Below the pieces are notes generated by a model. The model made no database searches. It was not told the origin of the DNA and was given only the letters and a program-made list of their open reading frames with translations. Positions 39,167 to 47,476 of a stretch of DNA of 64,000 nucleotides are shown in pieces; within the stretch, counting starts at the first letter, position 1; each line of letters begins with the position of its first letter. Made by a program: the position numbers and the translations under genes. Where the stretch lies: positions 1-64,000 of the IMG/VR virus record IMGVR_UViG_3300037725_000018; one strand, given 5' to 3'.

Positions 39167-39562
39167 TTAGTAAATGTCAATAACAATGTCGCCAGACTTC
39201 GGCTTAAAGTTTTCTTTTCTCATAACCGTAATTACGGTAAGAGCAAGAACCGAAGGATCTCTTGTTCGTTCTAAAACTCCAACCAAGTTTAAATCATAGG
39301 TATTATCTCGAATTACGAATTCGTCGCCCACGTCCATCCGGTTATTGATTAGATACTGAAGAATCTTGTCGGACGCCTCTTCTGCCGTTGCAATAATTTC
39401 TTCCTCGTCAATTTCGTTTCCCTGTCCGTGGCGAAACCTTCGTTCATCTGCATGTCTAGACAAATCAACATTGACTTCAATTGTAACGCTCTCCAAAAAT
39501 TTGCCAATTGAACGCTCGGCAATTTTTTTAGTAAGCTCTTCAAGCATATCGTTTAACTTCAT
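39167..39562 (-). CDS. Leader-bearing protein with RelE/BECR-like RNase motifs
   Basis: LSRHADERRFR and C-terminal VITVMRK. Confidence 0.45.
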   Translation of the reverse strand: MKLNDMLEELTKKIAERSIGKFLESVTIEVNVDLSRHADERRFRHGQGNEIDEEEIIATAEEASDKILQYLINNRMDVGDEFVIRDNTYDLNLVGVLERTRDPSVLALTVITVMRKENFKPKSGDIVIDIY

Positions 39563-39825
39563 GACTTTTTACGTTTGGTTTTCTTTCTTTTTCTAGAACC
39601 TTTTTTGTAGCTACTTTTTTTCCGGTGAGCTTTTTTGGCTGCCTTCGAACGCCTTCTTTTTTCTTTACTTGACATTCGGACGCACCGACCATCTTTTGCT
39701 TTCTTACCCTTTGGGCAGTCAAGCTTACGGACTTTCTTCCCGTTTCTATAAACGGTTTTGTACCGCGCTTCTTCAATTTCTTTTCGAATAAGTTTTCTTA
39801 GTCGTTCCCTTGTTAATTTTTTCAT
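39559..39825 (-). CDS. Basic prohead core protein (T4 gp68-like)
   Basis: VYRNGKKVRKLDCPKGKK...CVRMSSKEKRRRSKAAKKA after an IRKEIEEA leader. Confidence 0.6.
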   Translation of the reverse strand: MKKLTRERLRKLIRKEIEEARYKTVYRNGKKVRKLDCPKGKKAKDGRCVRMSSKEKRRRSKAAKKAHRKKSSYKKGSRKRKKTKRKKS

Positions 39826-40031
39826 ACTACCATCATAAGTTCTTCGATAAGTTCATCTAAAAGTAACTCCACCTCTGCAGGATCTTTGTTAAGGCGATCT
39901 GAAAGCTTTTGAATAAGACGAGTTGAAGTCCTTACTCCTTTCATGTGGGAAAGAAGGTCGTTTAGGTCACAATACAGGTCGCCTTTTGTGATCTTTTCTT
40001 GAAGTTTGTTTCTTTGTTTTCGGTATTTCAT
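39822..40031 (-). CDS. Hypothetical protein
   Basis: 69 aa ORF coupled to the terminase and gp68-like genes. Confidence 0.55.
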   Translation of the reverse strand: MKYRKQRNKLQEKITKGDLYCDLNDLLSHMKGVRTSTRLIQKLSDRLNKDPAEVELLLDELIEELMMVV

Positions 40032-40044
40032 AGCACTTATTTAC

Positions 40045-41703
40045 TTAGTTGAAAAGCCAAGAAATGTCTTCTCCACTCGAAGGGTCTCGATACGGATTCC
40101 CCCTGTTTTTTCCAGAGGAGATTCCGGAACTTGGAATTTGCTTGCTTGGTGAGTTTTTGTTTTTGATTCCCTTCACCATGCCTTTGTTCATTTCTTTTTC
40201 GTTGCCAAAGACTCGGATAGCTGTATCCCGGCTCCAAAACGCAAACATCGTAGCAAATATCAAGTCGTCGTAAAACCCGTCAAGGTGTTCTGCCCGTTTT
40301 GAAGTTTTCCACACAAACGTTTTAAGCTCGTCTACAAGTCTAGACGAGCGAATCGTGGCGTAGTCTTTTCGGATAAACTCTTCAAGCTTCGATACAAGAA
40401 GCGGTCTTGTTTTTCTTGTTGTTTTAAGTCCCGGATACACCTTCTTTTTAGAAGAAACGTTTGCGTTCACCTCAACAATTTTAAAGTCGCTTGACGTATA
40501 AAGAAGATTCTTGTAATCCATGTCAATGAGCCGTTGAAGGGTTGTAAACCCATAATTGTTTCTCTCGACAACGGCTAGAGCTTGATTGTAAATGTTTCCA
40601 ACTTTGTATATTTGTTCACCAAGCTGGTCTGGAGCGATTCTTGCTCTGTATTCTGCAACTTGTTCTATCTGTTTGGTTGTGAACACCTGAAAAGTCGAAA
40701 AGTCGCCTTCATCGTCCCCCCTTGCAACATCTGCGGATATGATATAATTTGTGTTCGGTTGTGGCTCTTCCCAAACCCAGAGGCTTGTTCCCGCAAGAAT
40801 TGGAACCTTATACTTTGGCTTTGAAACCGTGTGTTCTTCGATGGATTCGATCCGGTCCATTTCAATTACAGTTGTACCGGAACTGGAGAAATCGCAATCA
40901 TATTCTCGTTTTGCTTCCTTTTCCGGAAGCTTTTCCCCCTGCTCTTTTCTCCACTGCGCGTCTCTATCGGGGTGGAGGCTCCAATGAAGTTTGATCGGGT
41001 GAAAACCGTTTTCTCCTTCTCCAACCCACTTTTCTTTGTTCGGTGTGTCGTCTACCATTTCTGCTCCGTTCACCGCCTTTTGCCATACTTCATGAAACCA
41101 ATTCCCGATGTTCTCAGGCGTTGAAAGCACGACAGAACTTCCCCCGGACTGTGAAAGCGTAGCTTGAACGCTAGCCCAAAGGTCACGGGCACCGTCGATA
41201 AACGCGGCTTCGTCAATAATTAAAAGAGAAAGAGACTCGGATCGGCCCGCATTTTCTGTTGTGGTTTCAGCGGAGATTTGACTTTGATTGTCAAGCTCCA
41301 TCGAAAGCCTGTTATCACGCACTTTTTTTCTTCGAAAAAACGAAGGCAAGTTGTCGTGCATGATTTTGGTTTTTTTCACCAAGTTGGCTGCAACGCTTTG
41401 TTTTAAGGCCACAACCAAAATGTTTTTATCGGTGTTGAATACCATAAGCCAAAGCGCGTACGCCGCCATAAGCGTCGATATACCCATTTGACGGGCTTTT
41501 AAAATAACGTTGAAGCGGTTATTTTCAATCTCTTCAAGCGTCCTTTCTTGAAACGGGTAAAGATCAAACGGAATCTTTCCCTTCTGTTGATCTTGAATCA
41601 TGCAGTACTTCCGCATGAAATACTCGGGATTAGTTGCACACTTTAGGTACTCTTCCCGCTGGTTTTGAAGGATTTCTTTCCGTTTGTTTGACTGATTTGA
41701 CAT
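40045..41703 (-). CDS. Terminase large subunit (T4 gp17-like)
   Basis: LKARQMGIST (Walker A), LLIIDEAAF (Walker B), LSTP, ISADVARG and DDLIFA. Confidence 0.95.
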   Translation of the reverse strand: MSNQSNKRKEILQNQREEYLKCATNPEYFMRKYCMIQDQQKGKIPFDLYPFQERTLEEIENNRFNVILKARQMGISTLMAAYALWLMVFNTDKNILVVALKQSVAANLVKKTKIMHDNLPSFFRRKKVRDNRLSMELDNQSQISAETTTENAGRSESLSLLIIDEAAFIDGARDLWASVQATLSQSGGSSVVLSTPENIGNWFHEVWQKAVNGAEMVDDTPNKEKWVGEGENGFHPIKLHWSLHPDRDAQWRKEQGEKLPEKEAKREYDCDFSSSGTTVIEMDRIESIEEHTVSKPKYKVPILAGTSLWVWEEPQPNTNYIISADVARGDDEGDFSTFQVFTTKQIEQVAEYRARIAPDQLGEQIYKVGNIYNQALAVVERNNYGFTTLQRLIDMDYKNLLYTSSDFKIVEVNANVSSKKKVYPGLKTTRKTRPLLVSKLEEFIRKDYATIRSSRLVDELKTFVWKTSKRAEHLDGFYDDLIFATMFAFWSRDTAIRVFGNEKEMNKGMVKGIKNKNSPSKQIPSSGISSGKNRGNPYRDPSSGEDISWLFN

Positions 41704-41723
41704 GCTACTGCTTAGTTGATAGT

Positions 41724-42320
41724 TTACCCGTGAAGAAGCTTTCTTTCACTTTCTCGGATCGTGCTATTCCAAAAAGATTCTCCTTCATCTTTTTCGAGAG
41801 GACTATCCGGACGTGCTCTTTTTTTCTTTGTTGAAAGGTCTTTGTCCGGGTCAAAAGCCGTAGAGGGGCCACCGCTTACGACAACCCCTCCACCGTTTAC
41901 GTCAAGTTTTTTCCGGAGATTTTTAGCCTTCTGTGGGCGAGCCTCTTTTTCTACGTCTCCAAAAAAGTCGTTTGACATGACACTTCGATTGTTTGTTTAA
42001 AGATTTTCAATATCTTCTCGAATCTCTCCAAGACGCTTGACAATTCTTGAAATTTTGTCGTTGTTTGAACCGTCTGCAGCTTCCCGGAGAAGAGAAACAG
42101 TTTCGTCAATGCTTTCGGTAACAATGTCGAGTTGGCCTCTCTTCATGTCTTCAAGACCTCTGTACGTAAAGTCGTCTTGTCTTGAAGGAGAACTCATGTC
42201 GTGAATTGGTTGAAGCCCAACCATTCCACCTACGGCCTCGTCAATTTGTCTTTTTGAAGAAGTTTGTCTGCGAATCTCGCGTTCTACAAGTCTGCGAATT
42301 TTTCGTCTATTGATTTTCAT
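41724..42320 (-). CDS. Two small proteins (41724-41978; leader-bearing 41997-42320)
   Basis: Second ORF begins MKINRRKIRRLVEREIRR. Confidence 0.6.
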
Positions 42321-42406
42321 ATTATCAGTTGTTAAGTTGATGAAAGATTAATGAATGTAGTAAATAATGTTGCCATGCTAGTGTAGACGTTTGGTGTTTG
42401 GCGTTG

Positions 42407-42844
42407 TTAATTTGTTTGTCCGACGACATATGCCGAACCGATAACTGCAGCCGCTCCACCGACAAAGTAAAGCCACTTTCTCCGGTTTGCGGAATTTAGC
42501 TGTTCTCTTAGGCCCTCTATTTCGTTGTTTTTTTCTTCAAGAAGCTCGTTTCGGTTTTTTATTCTCCGGTCTTTGATTCCAATAAGAAGGCTATCTTTTT
42601 GCCGAAGGGCTTTAAGCGTCCGGACTTGTGACTCCAAATTTCGTTTTAACCTTTGAAGATCTTGAATCTTCTTCTGTTTCTTTTGAATATCGTCTCTTAC
42701 CCGTTCAAGCTGCTTGACAGGAACACAAACGCTATCTTGTGACGCAGAAGAAGACGAAGAAGATTGCCCAAAGGCAACTGTAGGGGACAACAGCAAAAAT
42801 GCTATAAGTAACGTAACAGACTTTTTAATCATTTTTGTCACCAT
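42407..42844 (-). CDS. Secreted coiled-coil protein with C-terminal hydrophobic anchor (spanin-like)
   Basis: Signal peptide ...LLSPTVAFG, coiled coil, C-terminal WLYFVGGAAAVIGSAYVVG. Confidence 0.55.
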   Translation of the reverse strand: MVTKMIKKSVTLLIAFLLLSPTVAFGQSSSSSSASQDSVCVPVKQLERVRDDIQKKQKKIQDLQRLKRNLESQVRTLKALRQKDSLLIGIKDRRIKNRNELLEEKNNEIEGLREQLNSANRRKWLYFVGGAAAVIGSAYVVGQTN

Positions 42845-43187
42845 AATTGTTTTGAAGCCAATCTCTTACATTTTCTTCATTTTCTTTCGGTTTGGGGTCT
42901 TCCCGGAGGTCTTCTCTTATCTTTTTCTCTTCTTCTTCAAGATTGTTTAAGTCTTTTTCAAGACCCTCTTTCTCCTTTTCAACTTCACGTTCTTTTTCTT
43001 GAAGTTTTTGGTCTTCGTTTTGAAGCTTGTTTTGCCTCCGGAGGCTCTTTTCGATTTTTTCTTGTGCGGAGTCGTCAAAAAACACAAGATAGCCCAAGAT
43101 AATTGACAACCCAAGGGCTATGTACTCCCAAGATTTCTTCAAGAAAGACAAAATAGCTTCTCCAATACGTATAAATGTTTCAATCAT
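42825..43187 (-). CDS. N-terminally anchored coiled-coil protein (i-spanin-like)
   Basis: TM YIALGLSIILGYLVFF followed by a charged coiled coil; overlaps the next gene by 20 nt. Confidence 0.55.
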   Translation of the reverse strand: MIETFIRIGEAILSFLKKSWEYIALGLSIILGYLVFFDDSAQEKIEKSLRRQNKLQNEDQKLQEKEREVEKEKEGLEKDLNNLEEEEKKIREDLREDPKPKENEENVRDWLQNNYGDKND

Positions 43188-43365
43188 GGCCTTATGTTTT
43201 TAGCGATTTTTCTTCCGTCTATATCCCCACCTTGAAGCTGGATTTTCTCGATAGCTTTGTTTACAATTCCGGTTATGTGTTGCTCTGCATTCATAGGAGA
43301 AGAAATTGCAACATCATAAATCGCGTCAACCGCTCTTTCATACTCTGCTTGGCCGACGTTTTCAT

Positions 43366-43734
43366 CTACTTTTTTTTTGCTCTTTTCACCACTTCTCGAA
43401 CGGCTTTTTCTTTGCTTACTCCCCGTTCCATAAGCTGACGAACCGCCCGTTTGAACGATTCAAGCTTTTTTGAAGATTCGTTTAAGCCATCTTTTCTTTG
43501 AACGTAGTCTTTAGCTTGCTCGATAGCTTCTTGGTCTTTTGTATCCGTGTCTTCGTTCCATCCTAGGCTAACAAAGTCGAAGAACTTTTTCTTCTCTTTA
43601 TCATTTAATTCTTGTGGAGAATCAATTCCAAACACGTCCATCATCTGTTTGAAATATTTTTGGTACTCCGTCTCTTCATTTAAAATTTTTGAAACCTCTT
43701 CTTGAATGAAGCTTCTAATTTGATCTTTATTCAT
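43366..43734 (-). CDS. Leader-bearing small protein
   Basis: MNKDQIRSFIQEEVSKILNEE. Confidence 0.75.
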   Translation of the reverse strand: MNKDQIRSFIQEEVSKILNEETEYQKYFKQMMDVFGIDSPQELNDKEKKKFFDFVSLGWNEDTDTKDQEAIEQAKDYVQRKDGLNESSKKLESFKRAVRQLMERGVSKEKAVREVVKRAKKK

Positions 43735-43813
43735 GGTATTCTTATTTGACTTTTATTATGATTGTAAAGAATGTTTTGCCGATTCGATAACTCGTTGCTA
43801 CTCGTCTAAGATA

Positions 43814-44236
43814 TTAGTTGTTGTCTTCTACGTTTACACCGATAGGTGGCTCGTAAATCACAAGCATTTTTGACCCGGCCTCGGACACGTCCTCGACAGA
43901 GTGTTCAACCCCACACGGAACGTATATGCTATCTCCAGAGGATAGGATCTTTGTCTTGTCTTTAATTTCATACTTTAGCTCGCCTGAAATAACAATTGAA
44001 AGTTCAGACTTGTTGGGATGGGAGTGGTCAGGTAGGCTACCGCCCGGATCTACATTTTCAATCCATCCGTCAATATCTTCTCTTTCGATAACGGACTTTA
44101 TCTTCCACCCGTCTTGAATTTCTATGGGCTCGGTTGTATACGGAATATTACTTACAAACCCTTCTCTATATTTCGTTTCAAGTCGGGTCGAAAGTTCCGA
44201 TTGTAAGCTAAGTATTTTTTCGTGTTTTTCACTCAT
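43814..44236 (-). CDS. Cupin (RmlC-like) domain protein
   Basis: PDHSHPNKSELSIVISGE and GDSIYVPCGVEH. Confidence 0.85.
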   Translation of the reverse strand: MSEKHEKILSLQSELSTRLETKYREGFVSNIPYTTEPIEIQDGWKIKSVIEREDIDGWIENVDPGGSLPDHSHPNKSELSIVISGELKYEIKDKTKILSSGDSIYVPCGVEHSVEDVSEAGSKMLVIYEPPIGVNVEDNN

Positions 44237-44293
44237 GATACCATTTCAATTGTTACATGAATTTCATGTTTCTTTTATAGTAAAATTCTGTTG

Positions 44294-44521
44294 TTAATCT
44301 TTGTTGGCTTCTTCTAAGAGTTTTTGCAAAACTTCGATTGTATTCTCTTGTTCAATTTTACGTTCTCTGCTTTCTTTATCTCGTTGGTCTCTCAAAGAAA
44401 GATACTTGTCCCGCCAATAGTCTCTGCGATCCATAGTTTTTTTAAGCCAATAAGCCACGACAGCAGCAACCGCTGGCCCTGTACCCAACTTTAGGATTTC
44501 CAGTAGAATGGAAATTTCCAT
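44294..44521 (-). CDS. Single-TM protein, holin-like
   Basis: Hydrophobic N-terminus GTGPAVAAVVAYWL followed by a charged tail. Confidence 0.45.
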   Translation of the reverse strand: MEISILLEILKLGTGPAVAAVVAYWLKKTMDRRDYWRDKYLSLRDQRDKESRERKIEQENTIEVLQKLLEEANKD

Positions 44522-44589
44522 TGCAAAATATGATGTTTCTTTGAAATTTAAAAAATAACCAGCGCAGGTGTCGGTTTCATTGTTACCGC

Positions 44590-45243
44590 TTACTGTTCTT
44601 CGTTTTCTTCCTCAAGTTGTGCAACTTCTTCTTTTAGGTTTTCAATTTTTTCTTCATACAAAGAAACAAATTCCTCAAAATCTTCTTCTAGTTGATTTAT
44701 ATCCGGCCCACCAGACCAAACTTCCATTCTTCCTTGAGGATTTTGAACGTACTCGTCGTCCCCTTTTTGGCTTTCTAGAAACTCTTGAAACTCTTTCTTT
44801 TGGTCTTCAAGCCAAGACTCGATGTTTTTGATGGTACGCTTTTTGTGGTAAAGCTCATATTCTCCGCGAGCCCGGAGCGTAGATTCAAACTCAATCTGGC
44901 AGTCAAAACAATGTCCGTGAATCTTATATGCTTTTTTGTCGTTTCTGTGATTCATAATTGATCCACATTCAGGGCAAAAAAGCGGCGTGCCAAGAGACTC
45001 GGTTGACTTTCCGTGACGGATCGAGTACCCTTTCTTCCGCTCCCAAAGGTCGCCTTTATCGTCTCTCCATGTGTCTCCGGGCTCGACGCCTTCAGGAACA
45101 ACTTCCTTCACTCTTACGTTTGTAGAAGAATCTTCGTCAAATCCAATTTGAAGCTCTTCGTCTGCGGGGTTTTCCCCTTTAAGAATTTCGTAAAGCGCAT
45201 CCCGCTCTTGCGGGGTTGTAATCATGTCTTTTTTATCTGGCAT
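44590..45243 (-). CDS. Zinc-binding hypothetical protein
   Basis: FCPECG...HCFDC; promoter-like motif at 45273-45283. Confidence 0.75.
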   Translation of the reverse strand: MPDKKDMITTPQERDALYEILKGENPADEELQIGFDEDSSTNVRVKEVVPEGVEPGDTWRDDKGDLWERKKGYSIRHGKSTESLGTPLFCPECGSIMNHRNDKKAYKIHGHCFDCQIEFESTLRARGEYELYHKKRTIKNIESWLEDQKKEFQEFLESQKGDDEYVQNPQGRMEVWSGGPDINQLEEDFEEFVSLYEEKIENLKEEVAQLEEENEEQ

Positions 45244-45312
45244 AACAGTTGTGTTTTTGAATTTATCTTCACTTTATAAATAGCGAAAAAAGGTAGTAGG
45301 CTGTGTTTTATG

Positions 45313-47238
45313 TTAAATCAAGTCGTTTTCGTTAAGAACGTATCGTTTTTCTGAAATTGGCTCTTTAACGCCTTTAGATTTATACGGCGCAAACGCTTTC
45401 TTTTGATTTAGCTTTTGCTCTCCGCTTTCATCGGTCACATAAACAATCGAATCTTTGTCGGCATTTTGTTTTTTAAGGACATTTTGAATCCCGTTTTTAA
45501 GGTTTTGCCGCTCGATAAGATGAACGTTCCTGTTTCCGAACTCTTCATGAAGTGCCTCGCGGATAATCTTTTCTTTCATTGTCGGCCCGTGGTTAGAAAT
45601 CGGGTACACAACAACTTCTTCTCCGGTAGCCACTTTTTTCATGTGCCCACGCCGGATGGACTCTCCAAGCACGTTTGCTACTTCGGTGTCGCTTTCTCCG
45701 TGCCAGCGAATCGTTTCAACCCGATCAGATGGAGAGTTCACCGTTTCAACAGCCCCGGCTTGTCCTTTAAGTTGTGCAAGTCTCCCACTCTCTACTTCAA
45801 CTTCATCTCTAGGATCTGTGGACGGTTCATAATTCGGGGCGATCTCGCTTCCTAGGTAGTCGATAATCTCAAATCCAAGTCCGCTTGCCAAAGCGTCAAC
45901 AAACGGATAGTAAATTGTCTCCGGGTTTTCAACGGGTGTAGATCCGGTTGCCCCTGTAGGGTAGAAGGAGTCAAATGGAAGTCCATCGGTCTTTAACTCT
46001 TGATCTTCATCTGCCTTTCCAATATCGTCAAGAAACTCCCAACCGATTTTATTTGCAAATTCTTCATGGTATTCCTCATATACCCCTTGATTGTGCCACC
46101 AAGTTGTAGGCCCGTCGTCAACAGGCACGAGAGAGGTCGTAGAGGCTTCAGAAAGCATTTTCTTTGTTTTCTTGACCACTCCCCCGATGTTACCTTTCGT
46201 CTCTTTTAAATACTTCTCAAACACTTGGTCTTGAACAATCTTTGAATCAAAACGGTCGTTGATAAGAGAGAACACCGTCTCGTCAAATGATCCAAATAGC
46301 TCTTTGAAGACTTGCTTCTTTGTTTTTTCTTCAACGTCGGAACTTGAAAATATCTTTGAAATTTTCGATTCTTCAACAGATGTTTCTTTGATTGTTACAC
46401 TTGCGTCTTCTACTTCGTAATAGTAAGACTGCTCTTTATACGGTTTTAGATCTGAAGAATCGTATTCTTCAAACAGATCAGAGACGTCTTCGGACTCTTT
46501 TAGTTTTTCAACGTCGCTTTCTCCAAGTGCTGCAACAAATACCGTTTCTTCTTCGTCGTGTCCTTCTAAAACTTCTGTGGGGTTCCAGCTATTTTCAACT
46601 TCGTGAATTTGTTGTTCTGGAATTGGATACATCCGGGTCATTACTTTTCTCTTATCGCTAAACGACAAAGGATTTGACTCGTTGGTTCTATCGCTTGTCG
46701 CAAGATAAACGTTGTGAACCCCAAACTTCTCAACAAGATTTTCGTAGATGTTGTAGTGCTCTTTGTGAAACGGCTGAAAAACGCCAGAGTATACAACAAC
46801 GTGGTTTAGGTCGTCTGTGTTTTCGTTGACCTTATTTACAGCATCCCGGACCTGTTCAACGGCACTTTCTCCCGAAAGGTGGACCCGAACAATAGGAAGG
46901 CGAACGTTTACTTCGTCTTCTTCGGAAATTTGAGTAGCGGCGATTGCTCGGTGGTGCCCGTCAACTACTTTGTAATCTTCGGAGACAAAAACTGTCCGGA
47001 CTTTACCCTCTTTCCGGATCTTTTCTTTTAGAGAGTCTACCTTATCGGAACTATAATCGTCTTGAAAGCTTTCAAGTTCGGTGGGAGATATCTTTTCTCT
47101 TGTTACCAAGACGCCGTTGTTTTCCAAGACGTTTACAACGTCTTGGGTTTTTCCACCGTCCACTTGAGGCATATCCTCTCGCTTAATTTCACTTAGAACT
47201 TGCGCTGCAATTCGTTTTGAAAAATCCTCTAAACTCAC
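45313..47238 (-). CDS. ParB/Srx-like domain fused to a cytidyltransferase-like (HxGH) domain
   Basis: VVDGHHRAIA and YSGVFQPFHKEH; degenerate second transferase-like segment at the C-terminus. Confidence 0.7.
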   Translation of the reverse strand: MSLEDFSKRIAAQVLSEIKREDMPQVDGGKTQDVVNVLENNGVLVTREKISPTELESFQDDYSSDKVDSLKEKIRKEGKVRTVFVSEDYKVVDGHHRAIAATQISEEDEVNVRLPIVRVHLSGESAVEQVRDAVNKVNENTDDLNHVVVYSGVFQPFHKEHYNIYENLVEKFGVHNVYLATSDRTNESNPLSFSDKRKVMTRMYPIPEQQIHEVENSWNPTEVLEGHDEEETVFVAALGESDVEKLKESEDVSDLFEEYDSSDLKPYKEQSYYYEVEDASVTIKETSVEESKISKIFSSSDVEEKTKKQVFKELFGSFDETVFSLINDRFDSKIVQDQVFEKYLKETKGNIGGVVKKTKKMLSEASTTSLVPVDDGPTTWWHNQGVYEEYHEEFANKIGWEFLDDIGKADEDQELKTDGLPFDSFYPTGATGSTPVENPETIYYPFVDALASGLGFEIIDYLGSEIAPNYEPSTDPRDEVEVESGRLAQLKGQAGAVETVNSPSDRVETIRWHGESDTEVANVLGESIRRGHMKKVATGEEVVVYPISNHGPTMKEKIIREALHEEFGNRNVHLIERQNLKNGIQNVLKKQNADKDSIVYVTDESGEQKLNQKKAFAPYKSKGVKEPISEKRYVLNENDLI

Positions 47239-47320
47239 AGTATTTCTTCTTGTTTTTGATATTTATTAAATACAAACTTACAATCCATCCGTTTATAAAT
47301 ATATAGAAGTTAAAGCTATT

Positions 47321-47476
47321 ATGAAGTCTCCGTGTATAAATGTATGTGACATAGACAAAAAGACCGGAACCTGCAAAGGCTGCGGTCGAACAATCGAAGA
47401 AATAACAAATTGGTCAAGCCTAACCGAAAAAGAAAGAGAAAGGGTTATGAAAAGGCTCGAAAACGATTCTAACTAG
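47321..47476 (+). CDS. DUF1289-like small Cys-rich protein (51 aa, not in the ORF track)
   Basis: MKSPCINVCDIDKKTGTCKGCGRTIEEITNWSSLTEKERERVMKRL. Confidence 0.85.
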   Translation: MKSPCINVCDIDKKTGTCKGCGRTIEEITNWSSLTEKERERVMKRLENDSN

